DNA of 64,000 nucleotides from Elusimicrobiales bacterium (GTDB lineage Bacteria; Elusimicrobiota; Elusimicrobia; Elusimicrobiales; UBA9959): NCBI GenBank assembly GCA_050174915.1, contig JBFXJL010000002.1, positions 195,626 to 259,625 of the forward strand, read 5' to 3'. Shown piece by piece: positions 9,416 to 17,126 of this stretch (position 1 is its first letter; each line of letters starts with the position of its first letter). The notes under the pieces were generated by a model. It saw only the letters and a program-made list of their open reading frames with translations, ran no database searches and was not told where the DNA came from. The position numbers and the translations under genes were made by a program.

Positions 9416-9826
9416 ATGACTATAGAAGAGATAGAAAAGAGCCTCCCCAATGGTTTTCATGATGCAGTTCTTGAAAATTTCATGCTTGATATTCAAAGCG
9501 GGGTTCTGAAACTTTCGTTTAACCTTCTTGTCGAGTATAATGAGCAGACTGATAAGACTATATATAGACGAGGAGAAATTCTGGCGAAAAGTGTCTCGAT
9601 TTTTAAAATTTCACCGTATATGGCAATCTCTCAAAAAAAGGGGGGGGGCACAGTCTTTAATGTCTCAAATAAATTCCCAGATGATTCCAGGGGGTCTAGT
9701 AAACAAATCAAAGTTGACCATGTTTCCAATTTTTATATCGGAAGTGATTCCTCTTTTGTGGATTTGACCGTTGGGTATGCTTCTGCTGAATTTGCCTGGA
9801 CCGATAAAGATGTTAATTCTTTTTAA
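9416..9826 (+). CDS. putative cognate immunity protein for the RHS C-terminal toxin
   Basis: 136-aa AT-rich ORF starting 10 nt after the rhs stop. It has no signal peptide, and its position is typical of rhsI genes. It contains an A7G9 homopolymer tract at 9633-9648. Confidence 0.55.
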   Translation: MTIEEIEKSLPNGFHDAVLENFMLDIQSGVLKLSFNLLVEYNEQTDKTIYRRGEILAKSVSIFKISPYMAISQKKGGGTVFNVSNKFPDDSRGSSKQIKVDHVSNFYIGSDSSFVDLTVGYASAEFAWTDKDVNSF

Positions 9827-9895
9827 CTCTATAGTCTCCATAAATAAATGGAAAAATTGGTCAGGTCTTGAGTCTTGACATTTTCTAGGTTTGTT

Positions 9896-11927
9896 ATGAT
9901 TTGGGAGAGCTCAACTGGTCCGTCTACCAAATTCGCCTACGGCAACGGGGCCTGCCCGTCGTGCGGCGGCTCGCAGCTTTCGGCACTCACCGACCCCAAG
10001 GGCAATACCTGGTCTTTCAATTACGACCAGTACGGCAGGCTGACCGATACTTCCAACCCGCTGGGCCAGAAGAAAAACTATCAGTACGACAAGATGTCCC
10101 GCGTGACCGGAGTAAAGGATCCGGCGGGCAACATTACCGCTTTCACTTACGACGCGCTGAACCGGCTGACCCGCAGGGACATCCAGTCCCCGGCGGGCGG
10201 GCGTTCCATAACCGACTACACCTACGACGCGGTTGGCAACCTGCTGTCCGCTTCCAATGGCGCAAGTTCCGTGAGCTTCGTCTACGACGCGCTCAACCGC
10301 GTCGTGGAGACCGACCAGGCCTTCGGCGGAAAGTTTTATACGATCGGGTATGCCTACGACGCCGCAGGCAACCGAGTCGCCATGGCCACGCCGTGGGGCA
10401 GATACAGTTATACGTATGACGCGCTGAACCGCGTGACCGGGATAGTTAACCCCCAGGGGATAACTATCGCCTTCGGTTACGACGCCGTGGGTAGGCGCAC
10501 GAAGAAGTCAGTCTTCAAGAGTGTCCCGGAACTTCTTGCCGAGACCGCCTACACTTACGACGCAGCGGGCCAACTTCTTTCCATTCTGAACAAAGCCGGC
10601 GGCAAGGTGGTGGACTTCGCCAACTACGAGTATGATGCGGCAGGCAACCGCATAAAGAAGGAAGATCTGGACGGCACGACCAAGTACAGGTACGACGCTT
10701 CTAACCGCCTGATAACGGCGGAGCCTGTCCCCATGAACATGCCGGAGGCTGAGGTCTTCATCTACGACCGTAACGGCAACCGCCGCTACGACCGCGGCGC
10801 CTGGGACTACAAATACGACGCGGCCAACCGTCTTCTGGAGAACAGCACCTATACCTATACCCACGACCATAACGGCAACCTGATCGGGCGCGCCAAGAAG
10901 GATGATGATAGCGCTATCTCTTACGCCTATACCCCCGAGCAGCAGCTTTCGGAAGTCGTAACCCCCCGAGCACAAAGCTCAATACAAATACGACCCCTTA
11001 GGCCGCCGCATCGAGAAGGCTGTGGACGGCACCGTTCAGCGCTATGTCTACGACAACGAGGACATAATAGCCATCCTCGACGGCAATAATACCCCGACCG
11101 AAACTTTCACCCACGGCCCCGGCATAGACGAACCGCTGCTGATGACAAAACTGGATGGGAAGAACTACTACTACCATGCGGATGGAGTGGGCTCCATAAA
11201 GGCGATTACCGACAACAGCAAGCAAATTGTAGAAACCTATATCTACAAGGCCTACGGCCAGCCAACAATCAAAAACCGCACAGGGGCAGTATTTGATGAG
11301 TCCGGTATTGGTAACCCATATCTATTCACAGCCCGGGAATTTGACAGCGAGTCCGGGTTGTATTATCTGCGCCATAGATATTACGACTGGCGCAGGGGCG
11401 CTTTTACACAGGAAGACCCGATTGGGTTTAACTCTCAAGAGACCAACTTGTTTGCGTTCGCAACACATAACCCTCTTACATTGGTTGACCCCTATGGTCT
11501 TGCTAGTTGCAGCTATTCCATCAGTATGCACAAGCTCCAGTGCATATCTGATGATAATGCTACCCAGGTTACCCTCGGCCCAGAAGGACTTTTCTCGGGA
11601 TCTGGCGGATGTAAGAATAATCCATCTGCGACTTGTGTAAAGCAACTTCTGGGGCCAATTCCACCCGGAGTGTATTTGATTAATCCCGATGAACGAAATG
11701 CTCATCTTGGCATGGGTTTTTATCGGTTGGAGCCAGTTCCGGCAGTTCGGTGGTGGGAGTACTATACGTTCATGAAAAGAAATGGGTTTATGTTGCACCC
11801 CGGCGGCATTTCAGCTGGCTGCATAACCGCAGACAAAAATGACTTGCACCTTATGGGACAATACAACGCGATTCGCAAATTGTTGGACAATGAAGTGGGA
11901 AAGAACATTCTGATTGTAGGAAAATAA
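9896..11927 (+). pseudogene. orphan RHS C-terminal module (YD repeats + core end + Tlde1/DUF2778-like toxin), frameshifted
   Basis: Track ORFs 9875..11089 and 11022..11927 are one reading frame split by +1 C in the C6 run at 10962-10967. The main copy reads VTTPEHKVHYRYDPLGRRIEKAVDG; this copy reads VVTP then shifts to PEHKAQYKYDPLGRRIEKAVDG. The N-terminal two thirds of an RHS protein are missing. An in-frame ATG occurs at 9896. Confidence 0.8.
9927..11425 (+). repeat. direct repeat copy 2, homologous to 7455-8950
   Basis: Same alignment as copy 1. Divergence is scattered and mostly at third codon positions. Confidence 0.85.
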
Positions 11928-12316
11928 TGACTAATGTGATTCTCTTTCTTTTGTGTAATATCTCAACACATTCTCTTGTGTTCTATGCCTGGGGACTGTA
12001 CAGGCCTGGTTCAGAAAATTATGTTATTGCTGTCCTATTAACGGGTTTAACATTCTTGATTAATTTAGCGATAGGACCATTTCTTGCAGGGTTTGTGTCT
12101 GCTATTTTTATTAAGGCCAAATCCGCCAAGGGCATCTTGCTGCTTATGCTGGGGGCAGTTCTCAGCCCGGTAATTCGGCAGTATATTGATGGGGTACACT
12201 TCCAATATGCTTTTAGTGATACTGTGATTTCCATACTCTGTTTGTCCGTGGATGTGGCCATGGGGTATATCGGCGCGCTACAGGCAAATCGTCTCTGGCC
12301 GGCACGTGTGAAGTAA
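11927..12316 (+). CDS. small integral membrane protein, putative immunity to the orphan toxin
   Basis: 129 aa with about 4 hydrophobic helices, AT-rich. The ATG overlaps the orphan toxin stop (TAATGA). Confidence 0.5.
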   Translation: MTNVILFLLCNISTHSLVFYAWGLYRPGSENYVIAVLLTGLTFLINLAIGPFLAGFVSAIFIKAKSAKGILLLMLGAVLSPVIRQYIDGVHFQYAFSDTVISILCLSVDVAMGYIGALQANRLWPARVK

Positions 12317-12612
12317 TGAGAAATAGAAGAAAGATGCGATATTTTAAATGGGAAGAGAAAGATGTGCAAGGCCTTAACAGGGATGGGATTAGTTGTGTTT
12401 ATACAGAGGTTAATGAAGATGGGCGGGTTGTTAGGGAAATAGGAATTGATATGAGCGGAAAGATTAGCCATAAATGGCCGTCAAGTAATTCTAAATTCGG
12501 GAAATATGGGCTATTTGATTTAGCACAGATTGATTCCTCAAATACAGAAACATTGAGTGGAAGCGCATTTAATAAGGCATGGCACAAAGAGATAGGAAAT
12601 CTTGCGGATTAA
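12316..12612 (+). CDS. hypothetical small protein (possible additional or orphan immunity gene)
   Basis: 98 aa, AT-rich. The start overlaps the previous stop by 1 nt. No family recognised with confidence. Confidence 0.35.
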   Translation: MRNRRKMRYFKWEEKDVQGLNRDGISCVYTEVNEDGRVVREIGIDMSGKISHKWPSSNSKFGKYGLFDLAQIDSSNTETLSGSAFNKAWHKEIGNLAD

Positions 12613-13000
12613 CGGAGTTGATAGGGACTCTATGGATTTGGACAGGCTACCGCTCAGACAGCTATTTGCGCCAGCCCTAAAAGAGTGCACTTTAATGTGT
12701 GTTGAAAATAAATGTTAACCCTTTGGACTGGATGGTGCTCCTTTGTTGTCGCGATTTTGGGGATAAGCGCGATTGAAATAATGCAGGGGAAGAAGTTTGA
12801 GGCGGATGTTGTTAAGATTCATGTTTCCCTCAGTAATCTGCTTTTTACTTTGGGATATTCCTTTGGATAACGTGGGAAGCATTGTCGGAAGAAGTGCGGC
12901 GGCTATACAGGCGGAAATGATTCTGTGAGAGTGAATACTGGAACCCTATTGATGCCGGATGATGTAATAGCTTGTTTGTGTTAACTAAGTCACTGGCAAT

Positions 13001-14059
13001 ATGAGATATATCCAAGTTGTTTTCCTTGCTCTGATGGGAACGCCTGCTCTTTGCCTGGGCGGGCAGAACGCTGTTATTCTGACTCCGGTGTATGTTCATG
13101 GTGCCGAGTTGGATAAAACTGCGTCAAGTATATCATCAAATGCGGTAATACCGGCAGAGGAAGCAGATGTTCTCCAGGCAGGGTTGCTTAACAACGGCGG
13201 GCCGGTAGTTGTGGTTGCCCCGGGCGCGAAGGACGGCTATAGGGTTTATGACGGCGCCTCGGGGGCGGATATAACCAGTAAATTCGAGGCCAACCTTGCG
13301 GTAAAGGAAGAACCCCGCCCAGTTGTCGCTCCCATTCTCGAACCAGTCAAATCCCGTAAGACCGAGCCCAAGCAGCACAAGGCGAAGGCGGCCTTCAAGC
13401 GCAACCACATCGGCCTTTCCGCCGGCATGACCAACCTGGAGAAGAACGAGGACAGTCTGGACATGCTGGCCACCAATCCCAACGCTGAGGCGAGCTATAC
13501 CAAAACCACCGGCCGGTTCAGGCTTTTCTTTGAGCACTATTTCAGCGAGAAATACGGCCTGGGCCTCGCTGTCGGCGCGCAAAAGGGCGGGCAGAGCCAG
13601 TTGGACCTTTCCAACCGCACCCTCGAGATAGAGGGGGACCCAAAAAGCGCAACACTTTACGTTATTCGCCGCTTTGGCCGGCATATCGGCGTTTATCTGG
13701 GGGGCGGGATGGACCTTACAACCATAACACTGGATGATCCCTCCAACTTGTCCGGCGTCCCTTCCGGAGCGGGTATCTTCGAGGGGCAGATTGCGGCCCC
13801 CCACGCTGAGGCGGGGCTTATCTTGAGCGCGGGGAATTTCTCGCTGCGCTTCTCCCTCAAGGAAATAATGGGCGAAGGCACGGACGAACTGACCCGCGGC
13901 GCCAACGGCCCCAAATACCTGCTGATAACGCGCAACAACAACTCTGTTTCCTACAAGTATTCCGGCCAATCCTTGGGGCCAAACGAAGAGTATTTCAAAG
14001 TGGACATGGGCGGCTTCGCCTCCGCCCTCACCCTCAACTACGCTTTCGGCAACTGGTAA
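13001..14059 (+). CDS. putative outer-membrane beta-barrel protein
   Basis: 352 aa with an N-terminal signal-like segment. The C-terminal ~200 aa show alternating beta-strand patterns, and the protein ends LTLNYAFGNW (aromatic terminal residue typical of OMPs). Confidence 0.55.
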   Translation: MRYIQVVFLALMGTPALCLGGQNAVILTPVYVHGAELDKTASSISSNAVIPAEEADVLQAGLLNNGGPVVVVAPGAKDGYRVYDGASGADITSKFEANLAVKEEPRPVVAPILEPVKSRKTEPKQHKAKAAFKRNHIGLSAGMTNLEKNEDSLDMLATNPNAEASYTKTTGRFRLFFEHYFSEKYGLGLAVGAQKGGQSQLDLSNRTLEIEGDPKSATLYVIRRFGRHIGVYLGGGMDLTTITLDDPSNLSGVPSGAGIFEGQIAAPHAEAGLILSAGNFSLRFSLKEIMGEGTDELTRGANGPKYLLITRNNNSVSYKYSGQSLGPNEEYFKVDMGGFASALTLNYAFGNW

Positions 14060-14147
14060 AGGGATGGTCCCACAATCTATACCGGTTGTCGGGATATTGC
14101 TATAATAAAAATAAGATTTTCGAGAAGAATCTCCGGAGGAAACTGTA

Positions 14148-15596
14148 ATGTCTAAACTTAAAGTTAATTCTGCAGTGATGAAAAAGAACGCCGCCCTGTG
14201 CAGAAAGCAGGGGATAGTGCTGCCCACCTTCAAGCAGATGAAGGACCCGAACCTCATCCCCGAGAAGATCAAGAAGGCGCTCAAGCCGGTCGGCCTTTGG
14301 GACATCGAGCCGATAAACCTTTTCCGCATCAACTGGAAGAACGATATTAAGACCGGCCTGTTCGGCGGCGTCAACTACCTGGAGATCCCGCGCGAACTGA
14401 CCGGGATAAAGGCCCGGGTAATAGGTATCGTCGGAAAGTATTTTCCCACCGGCGCTCACAAGGTGGGAGCCTGTTACGGCTGCCTGGCCCCGCGCATGGT
14501 GACCGGCGAGTTCGACGCGCAGGCCCAGAAAGCGGTCTGGCCCTCCACCGGCAACTACTGCCGCGGCGGCGCCTTCGACTCGCGCCTGTTGGGCACCCAG
14601 GCCGTGGCCATACTGCCCGAGGGCATGAGCAAAGAGCGCTTCACCTGGCTCAAGTCCGTGGGCGCCGAGGTGATAGCCACCCCGGGCACCGAGAGCAACG
14701 TGAAGGAAATTTACGACAAGTGCTGGGAGATCCGCAAGACCCGCAAGGACTGCGTGATCTTCAACCAGTTCGACGAGTTCGGCAACCCGATGTGGCATTA
14801 CCACACCACCGGCCCCGCCTGCGAAGAGGTTTTCAACAAGATCAAGGGGCCGAAGAGCCGCCTCGCGGCCTTCACTTCCGCCACCGGTTCCGCCGGCACC
14901 ATAGCCGCGGGCGACTACCTCAAGAAGAAGTTCCACGGCATGGTCATCACCGCTTCCGAGGCGCTGCAGTGCCCCACCATCCTGCAGAACGGCTTCGGCG
15001 AGCACCGCATAGAGGGCATAGGCGACAAACATATTCCGTGGGTGCACAATGTGCGCAACACTGACTTCGTCACCGCTATCGACGACGAGCCCTGCATGCG
15101 CATCGCGCGCCTGTTCAACGAGCCCGCCGGCAAAAAGGCCCTGGCCGACTTCGGCATAAAGAAAGAGGTCATCGAGCAGCTGTCGCTGCTGGGCATCTCG
15201 GGCATCTCCAACCTGTTGTCCGCCATAAAGACCGCGAAGTATTACGAGATGGGGGAGAACGACGTGGTGATGACCGTCTTCACCGACAGCATGGACCTCT
15301 ACGGTTCCCGTCTGGAGGAGATGGCGGAGCAGATGGGCAAGTACACCCGCGACAACGCCATGGTGGACCTGGAGCGCCGCCTGCTCGGCACCACCGTGGA
15401 TTATTCCAAGGAACTCAGCTACGTCGACCGCAAGGCCGTGCATAACCTCAAGTACTTCACCTGGATAGAGCAGCAGGGCCGCAATTCCGAGGACCTGCGC
15501 CGCCTCTGGGACCCTGAGTTCTGGGATGAGACCTTCGGCATGGCCGACGAGTACGACAGGCTGATAGAGGCTTTCAACAAAGAAGTGGGACTGTAA
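14148..15596 (+). CDS. PLP-dependent enzyme, fold type II (TrpB/cysteine synthase-like superfamily)
   Basis: 482 aa. FPTGAHKVGA resembles the TrpB-type PLP-lysine motif (HTGAHK). A Gly-rich SATGSAGTIAAG phosphate-binding loop is present. A GGAGGA RBS precedes the ATG. Substrate unknown. Confidence 0.7.
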   Translation: MSKLKVNSAVMKKNAALCRKQGIVLPTFKQMKDPNLIPEKIKKALKPVGLWDIEPINLFRINWKNDIKTGLFGGVNYLEIPRELTGIKARVIGIVGKYFPTGAHKVGACYGCLAPRMVTGEFDAQAQKAVWPSTGNYCRGGAFDSRLLGTQAVAILPEGMSKERFTWLKSVGAEVIATPGTESNVKEIYDKCWEIRKTRKDCVIFNQFDEFGNPMWHYHTTGPACEEVFNKIKGPKSRLAAFTSATGSAGTIAAGDYLKKKFHGMVITASEALQCPTILQNGFGEHRIEGIGDKHIPWVHNVRNTDFVTAIDDEPCMRIARLFNEPAGKKALADFGIKKEVIEQLSLLGISGISNLLSAIKTAKYYEMGENDVVMTVFTDSMDLYGSRLEEMAEQMGKYTRDNAMVDLERRLLGTTVDYSKELSYVDRKAVHNLKYFTWIEQQGRNSEDLRRLWDPEFWDETFGMADEYDRLIEAFNKEVGL

Positions 15597-16241
15597 ATGG
15601 CCACCAAGGGCGTCTTCAGGGTCGAATGCCCTCATTGCGGTGAGGGCTTCGACGCCGACTTCTGGACGGTGGTGCGCGGCGACCGAGACCACGAGGTTAA
15701 AGAACTCATCCTCAGCGGCGAGTTCGACCTGCTGGTCTGCCCCAAGTGCGAGGAGATGGTGCAGCACGAGGAGCCTTTCCTCTACATCGACCCGCACCGG
15801 GACTTGCTGGCCTTCGTGATGCCCGAGAGTTATGAGGCCGAAAAGGACAAGTGGGTGGCGCGCATGAACGCCGACTACGAGCCGGTGAAAGCGTCCCTCT
15901 TCGCCGGCCAGGGCCTGACTTCGGACCCGCTCTACCTGTTCGGCCTGGGCCAGCTGACGGCCCGGCTGGAGAACGACAGGGACCGCGAGGAAGAGACCGA
16001 CGTGATGGAGTTCATGGCCCGCGAGGAGGGCCTGAAGCTGGTGCCCGTGAACCCGGTGGCCGCCCGCGAACTGGATATCCCTTTTACGCTCCCTGTCCCG
16101 ACCGGCCTCTTCGGCCGCGCGGCGGCCCTGAAGGCCGCTGAGGGCCTGTACGCCAAGAACGACGCTCTGCCCCGGCTGAAAAAGCTGGTGGAAGTGCTGA
16201 AAGCCGGTAAAGACGACACCATCCCCTTCGTAAAGATCTGA
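15597..16241 (+). CDS. CpXC domain (zinc-ribbon) protein
   Basis: 214 aa. CPHCGEGF...VCPKCEE spacing and the following conserved region fit the CpXC domain. The gene starts directly after the previous TAA. Confidence 0.6.
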   Translation: MATKGVFRVECPHCGEGFDADFWTVVRGDRDHEVKELILSGEFDLLVCPKCEEMVQHEEPFLYIDPHRDLLAFVMPESYEAEKDKWVARMNADYEPVKASLFAGQGLTSDPLYLFGLGQLTARLENDRDREEETDVMEFMAREEGLKLVPVNPVAARELDIPFTLPVPTGLFGRAAALKAAEGLYAKNDALPRLKKLVEVLKAGKDDTIPFVKI

Positions 16242-17125
16242 TGCAGCTCCGCCCGCTCAACGACCTGCCGCTCCTGGAAAAGGCCGCGGCCCTGGCCGAC
16301 GAGGCGGGGCTGGAGCTTTACGCCGTGGGCGGCTGCGCCCGCGACTGGGCGCTGGGCCGCACCAGCGAGGACATAGATTTCCTCGTCGGGGGGGACCAGG
16401 CCCCGCTGGTAGCGGGGCTGGAGCTGGCTTACGGCGGCAGTCACCGCAAATTCACCCCTTTCCTCACCGTACGCTTCTTTTCGGCGGAGGGCCGCAGGCT
16501 GGATTTCGCCAGGTTCCGCAAGGAAACCTACGCTCGTCCCGGCGCCCTGCCCACCGTCAGCGAGGCCGCCTCGGCCGCCGAGGACCTGCTGCGCCGCGAC
16601 TTCGCCTGCAACGCCATGGCCGTGCGCCTGAACGGCCCGGAGCGCTACTCCCTGCTGGACCCTTACGGCGGCCTGGCCGACCTAAACGCCGGGCTGCTGC
16701 GCGTGCTGCACGAAAAAAGTTTCGAGGACGACCCCACCCGCCTCTATCGCGCGGCCCGGTTCGCCGGCCGCTTCGGCTGGCGGCTGGAGGACAATACCCG
16801 GGACCTGGCGCTGGCCGCGGTGAAAGGCGGCCTGCCCGGCTTACTAAGCCGCGAGCGCCTGCGCAACGAGCTGGTAAAGATCCTGTCGGAGGAGAACCCG
16901 CTGCCGGCCCTGGACCAGCTCAAGGACCTGGGCGCGCTGTCTTTTATCCATCCCGCTTTTGCCTTCGGCCCCTCGGTGGCCGCGCAGGCTGGGGCTAAAG
17001 CGCGCCTGGCCGCCGCGGCCGCCCTGATGGGGGGCGCCGGCGAAGAGTTCCTGGCGGAGCTGAAATTCTCCCGCAAGGAAACTGAAGAACTGCGTGTTTT
17101 GTCTGAGTCGCTGAGGCGGGCCTGA
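16241..17125 (+). CDS. CCA-adding enzyme / poly(A) polymerase family nucleotidyltransferase (short form)
   Basis: 294 aa. LYAVGGCARDWALGRTSEDIDFLV is the PolyA_pol head-domain GG..RD...D.D motif. The ATG overlaps the upstream TGA. Confidence 0.7.
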   Translation: MQLRPLNDLPLLEKAAALADEAGLELYAVGGCARDWALGRTSEDIDFLVGGDQAPLVAGLELAYGGSHRKFTPFLTVRFFSAEGRRLDFARFRKETYARPGALPTVSEAASAAEDLLRRDFACNAMAVRLNGPERYSLLDPYGGLADLNAGLLRVLHEKSFEDDPTRLYRAARFAGRFGWRLEDNTRDLALAAVKGGLPGLLSRERLRNELVKILSEENPLPALDQLKDLGALSFIHPAFAFGPSVAAQAGAKARLAAAAALMGGAGEEFLAELKFSRKETEELRVLSESLRRA

Positions 17126-17126
17126 G

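Noticed and set aside
9528-9767. 79-aa alternative-frame ORF inside the immunity gene
   Set aside because: It is fully nested in the 136-aa ORF, which has better start context. It would only become relevant after slippage in the A7G9 tract.
9875-9900. Consensus TTGACA hexamer at the junction before the orphan RHS module, as an internal promoter
   Set aside because: The nearest -10-like hexamer (TATGAT) is only 14 nt away, and no properly spaced -10 was found. The hexamer is mentioned only as context.
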